Notes under the pieces: model-generated
Databases searched by the model: none
Told to the model about the DNA's origin: nothing
The model's input: only the letters and a program-made list of their open reading frames with translations
Source of the DNA: an uncultured Chloroflexia bacterium
GTDB taxonomy: Bacteria; Chloroflexota; UBA5177
Assembly (NCBI GenBank): GCA_963737125.1
Contig: CAVTRL010000006.1
Coordinates: 64,352 to 128,351 of the forward strand
Length of the DNA: 64,000 nt
Reading direction: 5' to 3'
Program-made: the position numbers and the translations under genes
Part shown: in pieces, positions 18,570 through 28,400 of the stretch
Layout of the letters: the number at the start of each line of letters is the position of its first letter
Position numbering within the stretch: position 1 is the stretch's first letter

Positions 18570-19661
18570 TCAGTGCGCCAGGACGTAGCTCATACTCCCA
18601 ATCTGCCGGATCGACCCTTTCAATTCCAGCATCATGAGCGTGCTGGTGACAGTGGGCGCGGCCAGAGAGCTACCGCGCACGAGGTCGTCGACGTGCACCG
18701 GTTCATGCGATAACAGGGCGAGCAGACAGCCCTCCTCGTCGTTGGCGGGCAATGCCAGCTTGATCTCGAGCTGCTGCACGGCGACCGTGAGATCGAGCTC
18801 TGCCAGAATGTCATCGGAGCAGGTGACCAGTTTCGCTCGCCCGTCACGGATGAGTCGATTGCATCCCGCTGAACCGCGATCCCCGGCACGCCCGGGGAAT
18901 GCGAATACTTCCCGATTTTGTTCGAGTGCGTAATCCGCCGTAATCAAGGCTCCCGACGTAAACTGCGCTTCGACCACGACCGTCCCGAGCGACAAACCGG
19001 AAATGATTCGATTCCTTGCCGGGAAGTTGAAGGCGTCGGGTTTGGTGCCAAGCGGATACTCCGTCACCACGGCGCCGGATTCCTGTATACGTGCGTAGAG
19101 CTGACGGTTCTCAGCGGGATAGATCACATCGATGCCGCAGCCCAGGACGGCGATGGTGCGTCCGCCGGCATCGAGGGCCGAACGGTGAGCGATGGAGTCG
19201 ATGCCGCGAGCCAGGCCGCTCACAATCGTCAACCCGTTCTGCACCAGTTCCGGCACAACACGGCCTGCAAGCTCCTTGCCGTAGACGGTCGGGCCACGCG
19301 TCCCCACGACGCCGATGCTCTGGTCGTCCTGCCGGGTTATCTCTCCCTTGACGTAAAGCAACGGCGGTGGATTGAAGATTTCCTTCAAGCGCAGCGGGTA
19401 GTTGGGGTCAAAGACCGTCAGCACCGATACATCGAGGCGCTGTAGCTTTTCGATCTCACGGTCGAGCGATAAGGCGGCACGTTTTTCGCGCAACGCGGGG
19501 AGGAACTTGGCGTCCACCCCCAACGCGGCGAGCTCCTCTTCCGAGGCCCGCCAGGCACGTTCCGGCTCCTTGAAGCGTTCCAGAAGCCGATGGAATCGTG
19601 CCGGGCCGATCCCGGGAAGCAGACTCAGACCAACCAGGTAGCGCACGTCACGGTGCTGCAT
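18570..19661 (-). CDS. dprA: DNA processing protein DprA (Smf)
   Basis: Rossmann-like DprA core ...GVVGTRGPTVYGKELAGRV...SGLARGIDSIAHRSAL... Confidence 0.85.
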   Translation of the reverse strand: MQHRDVRYLVGLSLLPGIGPARFHRLLERFKEPERAWRASEEELAALGVDAKFLPALREKRAALSLDREIEKLQRLDVSVLTVFDPNYPLRLKEIFNPPPLLYVKGEITRQDDQSIGVVGTRGPTVYGKELAGRVVPELVQNGLTIVSGLARGIDSIAHRSALDAGGRTIAVLGCGIDVIYPAENRQLYARIQESGAVVTEYPLGTKPDAFNFPARNRIISGLSLGTVVVEAQFTSGALITADYALEQNREVFAFPGRAGDRGSAGCNRLIRDGRAKLVTCSDDILAELDLTVAVQQLEIKLALPANDEEGCLLALLSHEPVHVDDLVRGSSLAAPTVTSTLMMLELKGSIRQIGSMSYVLAH

Positions 19662-19683
19662 AGCCGGCTATTTTAGCAGCGAA

Positions 19684-20460
19684 TCAGTCACCCTGAACCT
19701 CGCGCGCGTTTCGCACACGCTGCAAGAATGCAAAGTCTTCGGGTAGCGGTGCTCCCTCGGTCTCCTCGTAGCGCCCCTGCCGGTACCCTTCCGCCACCGA
19801 AGCAGCCAACTTGTCTCGTCCACGGAAGGTCGCATGCACCAATTCGTCCCAACGCTCCAGCAGGCTGCGCGCGCGGGGCGATGCCGGATCGAGGTCGCTG
19901 TTGTCCCGAACCTCCGCGAGCAGACGCGGCCATTCGTCCTCGATTCGCTTTCTCTCTTCCGGCTCAATCTCCTCCCCCAACTCCTGAAACTGTTGGGTCA
20001 TCTGGTCCGGGGTATAGTACTCGTTCATCACATCTCCTTTCGCTTGCAGTCCTTGGTGCACAGCCGCCGATGCGCCGGCCGCGAGAGACCAATCCCAGTG
20101 TCCGGTGTCCGTTCGACGCTGCAGCAGAGCTTCGAGCGCGGCGTCGATACGTGCCAGCTCACCCATGCGGTTGTGCAACACCAACCTCTGGACACGGATG
20201 GACGACAGGAGATCGAAATCAGGCGCCAGCACCAGCTCGGCGATGCGCGATAGCGGAAACCCGAGGTAGCGCAGCGTCACTATCTGCTGGAGGCGCAGAG
20301 TATCCTGTTCGTCGTACCACCGATACCCGGATTGGCTTCGTTCCGTCGGTTTCAATAAACCCAGACGGTCGTAGTGGTGGAGAGTACGCACGGAAACACC
20401 GGTAAGCCGCGCAAATTCCCCAATTCGATACCGGCACATGGTGTCGACTCCTATCGACAC
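19684..20460 (-). CDS. MerR-family transcriptional regulator, TipAL/Mta-like (N-terminal HTH + TipAS-like C-terminal domain)
   Basis: YRIGEFARLTGVSVRTLHHYDRLGLLKP...YRWYDEQDTLRLQQIVTLRYLGFPLSRI. The C-terminal half is acidic with the YT..Q...Q motif. Confidence 0.75.
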   Translation of the reverse strand: MSIGVDTMCRYRIGEFARLTGVSVRTLHHYDRLGLLKPTERSQSGYRWYDEQDTLRLQQIVTLRYLGFPLSRIAELVLAPDFDLLSSIRVQRLVLHNRMGELARIDAALEALLQRRTDTGHWDWSLAAGASAAVHQGLQAKGDVMNEYYTPDQMTQQFQELGEEIEPEERKRIEDEWPRLLAEVRDNSDLDPASPRARSLLERWDELVHATFRGRDKLAASVAEGYRQGRYEETEGAPLPEDFAFLQRVRNAREVQGD

Positions 20461-20471
20461 TTAGCCTACCG

Positions 20472-20488
20472 CCTGACGTTACGTCAGG
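20472..20488. promoter_or_regulatory. Palindrome CCTGACGT-T-ACGTCAGG immediately upstream of the merR-family gene
   Basis: Perfect 8-bp arms, 12 bp upstream of the start codon. Candidate autoregulatory operator. Confidence 0.35.
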
Positions 20489-20503
20489 GTCAAGAGGGAA
20501 TCT

Positions 20504-20546
20504 GGACCGAAAACGACGAAGGGAAGGACTTCTGGAAGTCCTTCCC
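20504..20546 (-). terminator. Rho-independent terminator of hsp20
   Basis: 12-bp stem GGGAAGGACTTC/GAAGTCCTTCCC. On the minus strand it is followed by TTCGTCGTTTTCGG. Confidence 0.55.
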
Positions 20547-20569
20547 TTGCCTTCTCGCAGAGATGGTGA

Positions 20570-21028
20570 TTACTTCGCCACGTTGACCTTGACGCTCCTG
20601 GGGCGAAGGTGTTCGGCCTTTGGTAACTTCAACGACAGGATGCCGTGCTCGTAGGTGGCCTCGGTGCTATCGCCCTGTACCTCGACCGGCAGTGTGAACG
20701 TCTCGAAGAACTCACCGGTCGGAATGCCCTGCCACAGCCACTTACTCCCATCCGGCACGTTGCTCTCGATCGTGCCCTTGATGCTCACTTCGCGGCCCAC
20801 GACTTGAATGTCGAGCTTTTCCGGATCCATCCCGGGAATTGCTGCGTAGAGCTGATAGCCTTCACCGGCTTCAATCAGATTGACCGGCAAAGAGGGCCGG
20901 CTGGCTCCGCTCACGGTTCGATCGAGGACCGTTGGTAACACAAAGCTCTCGCGAAACAGGCGATCCATGAGATCCGGCAAACGGGTCATACCGTTCTGCG
21001 TCGGGTAACGGGTTACTGAATCTGCCAT
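20570..21028 (-). CDS. Small heat-shock protein, Hsp20/alpha-crystallin family
   Basis: ACD core ...PVNLIEAGEGYQLYAAIPGMDPEKLDIQV...GILSLKLPK. Confidence 0.85.
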   Translation of the reverse strand: MADSVTRYPTQNGMTRLPDLMDRLFRESFVLPTVLDRTVSGASRPSLPVNLIEAGEGYQLYAAIPGMDPEKLDIQVVGREVSIKGTIESNVPDGSKWLWQGIPTGEFFETFTLPVEVQGDSTEATYEHGILSLKLPKAEHLRPRSVKVNVAK

Positions 21029-21470
21029 TGGGAAACCTCCTTACAAAACAGTGCCAAGACAGCGTCCGGCAAAGAGATTACATCGAAGAGCACATTGGCT
21101 CTTCACTTTCTTTGTACCACATAGCAGGTTCGGTGTCAATATGCTTTATAGGGATACCAGTAAGTTTTTTGCGAATCACAGGGGCCGTGAAGCATCCAAC
21201 GCGCGGCGGCTTTTCGAGCGCGTGCAGATCCACAGCGCGACCAGGAACCGAGTCGGCGCCTGCACCATCGGAAGAGCGTGCCCAAAGCGATGCCGTCCAC
21301 GGCCGAGAGGCAATCCAGGCAGCAGAGCGGTTTTGAAGCCCCTACGGAACGCAGACCAACTCTCCCCAGTCACAGTGTGCTGGCAGCAAGGAGCGATGCC
21401 GATAAATGCCATCTGTTGGATCGGCTGAGCGGAGCGCCTGGGAGATGATCGTCTCCCGAACTGATACGCG

Positions 21471-22079
21471 CTACAGGTACCCCAGGTTCTTGAGCCGCTG
21501 GGACACCAGCGCCTCTTCCTCCGGACTGTAGGCCTCATCATCGTCGGCGTTTCCGGGCAGCAAACCCATGCTTACAAGCTTCTCGAGAATAATCTCCACG
21601 TCCTGCTCCAGATTTTCGGTATCGGTATGAAGGTGAATTTCCGGATTCTCGGGAGCTTCATACGGGTCGGAGATGCCTGTAAATTGGGCGATCTCTCCGG
21701 AGCGTGCTTTCTTGTACAGGCCTTTGACGTCGCGTTGTTCGCATACCTCGAGCGGGCAATCGACAAAGATTTCCACGAAACGTGGTATCTCCGCTCTCGC
21801 CTGGTCGCGGATCTCACGATACGGCGAAATTGCCGCGGTAATCGCGATCACGCCGTTGCGTGAGAGCAGGCGGGCGACATACGCGATGCGCAGGATATTG
21901 GCGTCCCGGTCCGCCTTGGAGAATCCCAGACCATGACTGAGGTTCTTGCGCACCTCGTCACCATCCAGCAGCTCTACACGTCGTCCGAGCTCGCGCAGCC
22001 GTTCCGCCAACCGGACGGCCAGCGTCGACTTTCCCGCACCCGACAATCCGGTAAACCACAATGTGCATCCTTCGTCCAT
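21471..22079 (-). CDS. cysC: Adenylylsulfate (APS) kinase
   Basis: [18 protein letters not shown]...[30 protein letters not shown] is a near-canonical APS kinase. Confidence 0.9.
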   Translation of the reverse strand: [202 protein letters not shown]

Positions 22080-22190
22080 GATCTCTCCCCTCTATCAAGG
22101 CACGGTGTACCGTGCCCCCCGTACTGATCTCGCGTGCACTGCGCAGCGAGTCGCCACCATGCCAGTGGCTTTGGACCAACCCCGAAAAGG

Positions 22191-23582
22191 TTAAACCTTC
22201 ACACGGCCCTCGCGCGAGTGGGCGATATATTCCAGCAAGTCCGACCGTGTAATTACACCTACCGGGCTCTCGGCATGGATGGCGATGAGTGCCGTGTCTT
22301 CGCCCAGCAGAGGACCGATGAGCGCTTCGATGTCTTCCCGTACGTCAACCGTTTCGAGCGGTGGATCCATCACTTCACCCACGGTGTTCTCGACCATATC
22401 CGGCTCCCGGAACACACGTGCGAGCAGTGATTTCTCCTGAATGCTTCCCACGATGTCGTCGAGAGAATGCCCGTTCGTCCAGGTTGCGACCGGCATCTGC
22501 GAAATGCCGAACTCTTGAAGCATATCGATCGCGCGGCCAACTTTCTCGGTCGGCGCCACCACGACCAACTCCGGCACATCACCGTGTCGATGGCGCAGCA
22601 GATCGGCGACGCGAAGAGCAGCCGGAAGCCTTTCGAGGTAGCCGTTATCCTGCATCCACTGTTCGGAGTACACCTTACTCAGGTATCCCCGGCCTCCGTC
22701 CGGCAGGAGAACCACCATGACCTTGGTTTCGTCCAGATCCTGAGCCACCTGCAGCGCGGCGTGCATCGCAGTGCCGCACGAGCCCCCAACCAGGATGCCT
22801 TCCTCGCGGGTCACACGACGCGCGGTTCGAAAAGAATCACGATCACTCACGCGCACCCAGCGATCGATGATCGTCGGATCGAAGGTGCCTGGAAAGAAGT
22901 CTTCGCCGATTCCCTCAACCTTGTAGGGACGAAGCTCGCCGCCCGACAGAATTGACCCTTCAGGGTCGGCGCCCACGATGATGATATCTGGATTTTGCTC
23001 TTTCAAATATTTGCCGGTACCGGAAATTGTTCCACCAGTACCCACACCGGCGACGAACACGTCGATCTTTCCACCCGTTTGTCGCCAGATTTCCGGACCC
23101 GTTGTCTCGTAGTGCGTCTGGGGATTCGCCATATTGAAGTACTGGTTTGGTTGATAACCACCCGGCGTCTCGCGCGCCAACCGATCCGCCACGCGATAGT
23201 AACTTTCGGGCGACTCCGGCGGCACCGACGTGGGCGTAATCACGACTTCCGCGCCGAATGCTTTCAAAAGCTCAATTTTTTCCGCGCTCATTTTGTCCGG
23301 CATGACAAAGATGGTGCGGTATCCCTTGATAGCTGCGGCGATTGCCAATCCGGCGCCCGTGTTACCGGAAGTGGGTTCGATGATCGTTCCGCCCGGACGG
23401 AGCAATCCTCGCTTCTCAGCATCCTCGATCATTCGAATGCCGATGCGGTCCTTCACGCTTCCACCGGGGTTGGCGTATTCCACCTTGGCCAGGATGGTAG
23501 GCCGCACGTTGCGCGCCACCCGATGCATACGCACCAGCGGTGTATTGCCAATCAGTTCCAGAATGGAATCGTGGATTTCCAT
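22191..23582 (-). CDS. Cystathionine beta-synthase (PLP fold-II domain + C-terminal CBS pair)
   Basis: LIGNTPLVRM...KVEYANPGGSVKDRIG...TSGNTGAGLA (PLP lysine motif). The C-terminal ~120 aa form tandem CBS domains. Confidence 0.8.
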   Translation of the reverse strand: MEIHDSILELIGNTPLVRMHRVARNVRPTILAKVEYANPGGSVKDRIGIRMIEDAEKRGLLRPGGTIIEPTSGNTGAGLAIAAAIKGYRTIFVMPDKMSAEKIELLKAFGAEVVITPTSVPPESPESYYRVADRLARETPGGYQPNQYFNMANPQTHYETTGPEIWRQTGGKIDVFVAGVGTGGTISGTGKYLKEQNPDIIIVGADPEGSILSGGELRPYKVEGIGEDFFPGTFDPTIIDRWVRVSDRDSFRTARRVTREEGILVGGSCGTAMHAALQVAQDLDETKVMVVLLPDGGRGYLSKVYSEQWMQDNGYLERLPAALRVADLLRHRHGDVPELVVVAPTEKVGRAIDMLQEFGISQMPVATWTNGHSLDDIVGSIQEKSLLARVFREPDMVENTVGEVMDPPLETVDVREDIEALIGPLLGEDTALIAIHAESPVGVITRSDLLEYIAHSREGRVKV

Positions 23583-23836
23583 AACGATGGTCCTTCGACG
23601 GTCGCATGATCGTATCGGGATTCCTCGCTAAGAACCCCAGCTGGTACACGCGTATTGTACGGGAGGCGCGCACGTACCGCGGTAGCAGAACCGAATCGAC
23701 CAGCTCTGGGTAGCTACAAGCGTCGTGTAGCTACCGCAGACTGCGCACCCGACTGTGCGCCCACATGCATTCAGAAGACGTCACAACGCATGCCGTGCCG
23801 GGGGCATCTGGTTCCGGCAGGGGTATTGAGACGGGT

Positions 23837-24328
23837 CTACTTGAGCGCCTTTACGTGCTTCGCCTTCTTGATCGCTCCCTGGAGCGACTCTACAAAAGCA
23901 TCACTGGTGTTTGTCGCACCCGACACCTCGTCGATGTTCGCATTCTGGGCCTGCAGGGTCTGCGACTGCAGCATGGGCACCGCCTGGTCGTCGATAAACT
24001 GAGATCGCGGATTCTCGGGTGATACCGAGATACCCACCTTCGTGATTTTCTTGTTCTTGACCGTTATGGACGCCTGAACCGGCCCCCAACGCATGTCCAC
24101 TTCGGGCCCTTTAAAGACAACGGCTTTGGCGGCAGTATTGGCATGGCTCCCCGCTGCAAAGGCAGCACCGGCCGGTGCGATTCCCGCCAAGGACACGAGA
24201 ACTGCGGGTATTACTGTTTGTATCGTCGAATCTTTCACTGGTTTTCCTTCAGTACATATACGGGACATGTCGAACGACGGTGGAAGTGCACGCGCGGCAC
24301 GGTGCACCAAAACGTGCCGAACCAACAC
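23837..24328 (-). CDS. Secreted FMN-binding domain protein (FMN_bind, SGAT flavinylation motif)
   Basis: N-terminal signal/TM IQTVIPAVLVSLAGIAPAGAAFAA, then ...DEVSGATNTSDAFVESLQGAIKKA with the S/T-GAT-T/S motif. The likely start is internal (about 24268). Confidence 0.6.
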   Translation of the reverse strand: MLVRHVLVHRAARALPPSFDMSRICTEGKPVKDSTIQTVIPAVLVSLAGIAPAGAAFAAGSHANTAAKAVVFKGPEVDMRWGPVQASITVKNKKITKVGISVSPENPRSQFIDDQAVPMLQSQTLQAQNANIDEVSGATNTSDAFVESLQGAIKKAKHVKALK

Positions 24329-24497
24329 CGGCCCACATTTCCACTACAACGTCTAACCTCAGAGTATCGACTCATGCTGAGAATGTGGTGAGACAAAAAC
24401 GACAATTTGATGAACAGATAGAAGCCGGTTGTTGGGCAGCATCCACCGGCGCATTGACGGCGTAGGTTACCTCGCGCCATAACTCATACAATCGCGG

Positions 24498-25166
24498 GTG
24501 CGCGCCATTCCTTTTATCGCTCCCGTCGTCCGCGATCGGCCGTTTCGACGTTTTTCGCAGTTATATCTCGGGCTGGTGCTCTTCGGACTGAGCGATGCGA
24601 TGCTGGTGCTGGCCGGTCTGGGACTCGATCCGTGGGACGTTTTTCACCAGGGACTGGCTCGCCACTCCTCAATCGCCATCGGCACCTGGGCGATTATCGT
24701 CGGCGCCGTGGTGTTGCTGCTCTGGATACCGCTTGCCCAGAAGCCGGGATTGGGCACGATCAGCAACGTCATCGTGGTCGGGCTAGCGATCGACGTCACG
24801 CTCGGCATCGTGCCGGCCCCTCGAAACCTTGTTCTTCGCATTGTGACTCTGCTGGCGGCAGTGGTCTTGAACGGCATCGCCACCGGCGCCTACATTGGTG
24901 CTGGTCTCGGCCCGGGTCCACGAGACGGATTGATGACCGGACTGGCACAGCGCGGCGCATCTATTCGCGTGGTGCGAACCGCCATCGAGGTCACTGTCCT
25001 GATTGCCGGTTTCCTGCTTGGCGGCTCGGTCGGCATTGGGACTCTGCTCTACGCACTGGGAATCGGCCCGCTGGTCCATGTCTTCATCCCTATGATGCGC
25101 TTGAGTTCGGCAGACGCCGAGAGCGCTGAACCGATGCTCCTTCCCAGCGACACGCCATTCGGATAG
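24498..25166 (+). CDS. Small polytopic membrane protein (YczE/YitT-like)
   Basis: ~6 TM helices with a G..PWD motif. The family call is weak. Confidence 0.35.
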   Translation: MRAIPFIAPVVRDRPFRRFSQLYLGLVLFGLSDAMLVLAGLGLDPWDVFHQGLARHSSIAIGTWAIIVGAVVLLLWIPLAQKPGLGTISNVIVVGLAIDVTLGIVPAPRNLVLRIVTLLAAVVLNGIATGAYIGAGLGPGPRDGLMTGLAQRGASIRVVRTAIEVTVLIAGFLLGGSVGIGTLLYALGIGPLVHVFIPMMRLSSADAESAEPMLLPSDTPFG

Positions 25167-25478
25167 CTTGACCGGGTAAAGACCGCGCACCCTGAGATCG
25201 ATTCACGGCAGCCGGTGCATGCGTCCCGGCTGCCGTGCGAACCGTACCCCCGCTTCCGGCTCAAGGGATGAGCCGGTAAAATGACACTACACGCCATGAA
25301 CCCGACCGAAACGATCCCGAGCGCTCGGCTGCTGTAGACATCGAACCTACAAGCCATGTAGATCGGTCCGAAGCGGGAAGTACGGGTGTCGACCGCCTCC
25401 GACGAAGTCACGGTGGCACATATGATGCAGTTTTCTCGGAAACAGTAAGCAGGAACGTCCCGGACCGGAGTATTCACC

Positions 25479-27218
25479 ATGCCTCCGGTGACCGACCGTA
25501 AGGAGTTCGTCTCTATGTCCAGGCCAGTCACAGGCCACGCCGGTCCAACGCTAAGCACCCCGCGTATCGTTACCAATCCCTGGATCATATTGATCGTGCT
25601 CGCTCTCGGGTTCTTCATGATCCTGCTCGACACCACTATCGTGAACGTTGCCATCCCGAGCATCATTGACGGCTTGCATGCGTCTCTGGATCAGATTCTG
25701 TGGATTTTGAATGCCTACATACTGGTCTACGCTGTACTGCTGATCACCGCCGGCCGAATGGGCGATATGTTGGGGCCCAAGAAGCTCTTCATTTCCGGCA
25801 TGGTCATTTTCGTTCTAGCTTCCATGGCCTGTGGATTAGCGCAATCGCCCGGTCAACTCATCCTCTTTCGAGTCATCCAGGCAATCGGCGGGGCTATGCT
25901 CACTCCCCAGAGCTTGTCTCTGATCGCCTCGATATTTCCGCCCGAGCGGCGTGGCGCTGCCTTCGGAGTATGGGGCGGTGTAGCGGGCCTGGCATCGGTT
26001 GCCGGCCCAACGCTCGGAGGGTTTCTGACTACCACGTTCTCCTGGCGGGCAATTTTTTACGTGAACCTCCCGATCGGCATCGTGGCGCTCACACTGGCGG
26101 TGCTTGTAATGCCGGAGCTCGAAAGCCACCGGAAGCACCAGCTCGATGTGATCGGCGTGCTACTGGCGTCGGCGGGGCTGTTCGGCCTGGTCTTCGGATT
26201 GATCGAAGGGGAACGGTACAGCTGGGGACGAATTTCGAATGTGGCCGGCTTCTCAATCGGATCACTCCAGGTTGGATTGATCAGTATTCCGAGCATTCTG
26301 TTGGCAGCCGTACTGCTGCTCGTAGGTTTCATCGCCTGGGAGGCACACGTGGAGGAGCCGCTGCTTCCACTGTCACTCTTTAAGGAACGCAACTTCTCCG
26401 TGGCCAATCTGGTGCAAGCCTTTGTGGCATTTGCCATGCTGGGTCTCTTCCTGCCGTTTACCATCTACCTGCAGTCGGTTCGCGGATTATCGGCCGAGGA
26501 GGCCGGCATCGTCATTGTGCCGATGTCGCTCACCATGATGTTCGTGGCGCCCTTCGCCGGACGGCTCACCGATAGGGTCAGCGGTAAATGGGTGCTTTCC
26601 TCCGGAATGCTTCTGTTTGCCCTGGGGATGGGGCTCCTTCTCAAGATCGCGTCGGCGACCTCTCAAGGTACCGATTTCATCATCCCGTTGGCTCTGGCAG
26701 GCGTCGGCATGGGATGTACCTTCGCTCCGCTCACCACGCTCGCCATGCGTACGATCGCTCCTGCCCAGGCCGGCGCCGCGTCCGGCTTTCTCAATACGGT
26801 CCGTCAGGTTGGAGGCGCATTGGGAAGCGCGATCGTCGGCGCCGTTCTCCAGAACCGTCTGGCCAGCGAGATGACGTCCGGCGCGGTTCGCTCCAGCGTC
26901 CAGTTACCGTCTCAGTACCGCGCCAAATTCGTAGCCGGCTTCGCGCATACCTCGCAAAGTGGACTGCAGGTGGGTCGCGGTCAAACAGGAGGAAGCCACA
27001 TACCAACCGGACTACCCGCCAACATCGTCCGGCAGATTGGCCAGCTCAGCCAGGTCGTCTTCCACCAGGCGTACATCAACGCCATGCACGTTGCACTCGC
27101 GCTGCCCGTCATCAGCATGCTTCTGGGCGCAATCCTGACTGTCACGTTCATGCACAGCCAGAAAGATGTGAAAGCCGAGGACAGAAGTGCAGGCGGCATC
27201 GCGGCGGCCGGTGAGTAA
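25479..27218 (+). CDS. MFS transporter, DHA2 (EmrB/QacA, 14-TMS) drug:H+ antiporter family
   Basis: ILLDTTIVNVAIPSI...LNAYILVYAVLLITAGRMGDMLGPKK...ILFRVIQAIGGAMLTPQSLSLI. Probable start at 25515 (MSRPVTG). Confidence 0.8.
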   Translation: MPPVTDRKEFVSMSRPVTGHAGPTLSTPRIVTNPWIILIVLALGFFMILLDTTIVNVAIPSIIDGLHASLDQILWILNAYILVYAVLLITAGRMGDMLGPKKLFISGMVIFVLASMACGLAQSPGQLILFRVIQAIGGAMLTPQSLSLIASIFPPERRGAAFGVWGGVAGLASVAGPTLGGFLTTTFSWRAIFYVNLPIGIVALTLAVLVMPELESHRKHQLDVIGVLLASAGLFGLVFGLIEGERYSWGRISNVAGFSIGSLQVGLISIPSILLAAVLLLVGFIAWEAHVEEPLLPLSLFKERNFSVANLVQAFVAFAMLGLFLPFTIYLQSVRGLSAEEAGIVIVPMSLTMMFVAPFAGRLTDRVSGKWVLSSGMLLFALGMGLLLKIASATSQGTDFIIPLALAGVGMGCTFAPLTTLAMRTIAPAQAGAASGFLNTVRQVGGALGSAIVGAVLQNRLASEMTSGAVRSSVQLPSQYRAKFVAGFAHTSQSGLQVGRGQTGGSHIPTGLPANIVRQIGQLSQVVFHQAYINAMHVALALPVISMLLGAILTVTFMHSQKDVKAEDRSAGGIAAAGE

Positions 27219-27527
27219 CCGCCGGGGAGAAGGATGATGTGGCTCCTCCAGGCGGCCCGCGGAGACGAATCAGGAATCACGGAAGCGATCGAGCGGCAAG
27301 GTACCGCCTGGAGACGAGCGCGCCGCCTCTATGCAGCCGGCTTTGCCGTAACGGCGACTCAGTATTCAATCGACGACCCGCCGCGACCCCTGCATGAGTA
27401 TCGGTTCGACGGCATTCGGTTCGTCGTCATTGCCCCAAGCCGCGCACTGTAACGGGCGAACAATACCGGAGTATCCCGGGGGCGGTTGAGACTCGCTCCC
27501 GGGCGCGGCGAATAGCTTCGGAGTACA

Positions 27528-28400
27528 TCAAAGTTCCCGGCGCGTGAAACTCCAGACGGCAACGCTCAGCATGACCGCGCACCAGCCCAGGACCCACAAA
27601 AGGTATGGCGTCGACGGTCCGGCGGAAACGAAGAATGGATTGCCGGACGCCTCACGTGCACCGGTGCTCCCGGCGGCCACAATCGCAGCCGGCTCCAGGC
27701 TATAGATAGCTGCTCGCCACAGCCCATCGGTGGGAAAGATTAAACTGCCGATCGTTCCGACATTTTCGATCGCCTGGGAGTGAAATGCTGATCCGACCGT
27801 CCCCGCGATACCGCTCATCCACGTCAATCCGAATAGCACCACGACGATAATCCCGCACGTCATAGCGGATATCCTTGTGCTGATCGCCAGCGTGAGGGTG
27901 AGCACGCACCATGATTCGGCCACGAGAAAGGCGATCGCGAGGGTTGGGTGCGGCGGAACGTAGTGCAGCACCACGTTCGCGATGAAGAATTCCATGCCGC
28001 ACGCCAGCGAGGCATAGACGGCGAGCAGAATAGCCAATCCCAACCACTTTCCGAGGACGATCTCTGCCCGCCGGATCGGCCGTGGAAGCATCGACAACAG
28101 CACACCAGATTCGATATCACCGGCGACGGTCGGCGCGCCGATGAAGGCAGCACCGACTGCGAGTACGAAGCTAAACATGAATGCCAGGAGGATCAAGACG
28201 GTAGCCGAGATCAAGCGGACCTCAGCAGCACCACATGCGACTGTCGCGCCACTGTTGGAGCTGCAGCGCAGCCCCAGCAAGCGCTGAAACGCCCATCCGG
28301 TCAGCACGGCTAGCACGGCGGTAAGCACGAAAACGGCCAGAACCAACTTCCGCCGGGCTGCTTCACGCAGTGTGAGGCGAGCGATGATCAGAATCGGCAT
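27528..28400 (-). CDS. ABC-2 type exporter permease
   Basis: Six hydrophobic segments. Start is taken at MPILIIARLT (ATG 28400), which overlaps the upstream ATPase stop. Confidence 0.6.
   Translation of the reverse strand: MPILIIARLTLREAARRKLVLAVFVLTAVLAVLTGWAFQRLLGLRCSSNSGATVACGAAEVRLISATVLILLAFMFSFVLAVGAAFIGAPTVAGDIESGVLLSMLPRPIRRAEIVLGKWLGLAILLAVYASLACGMEFFIANVVLHYVPPHPTLAIAFLVAESWCVLTLTLAISTRISAMTCGIIVVVLFGLTWMSGIAGTVGSAFHSQAIENVGTIGSLIFPTDGLWRAAIYSLEPAAIVAAGSTGAREASGNPFFVSAGPSTPYLLWVLGWCAVMLSVAVWSFTRREL

Noticed and set aside
23583-23836. Possible S-box/SAM riboswitch upstream of the cystathionine beta-synthase gene
   Set aside because: Two hairpins are present, but none of the conserved S-box core sequences or the characteristic four-helix junction could be recognised by eye.
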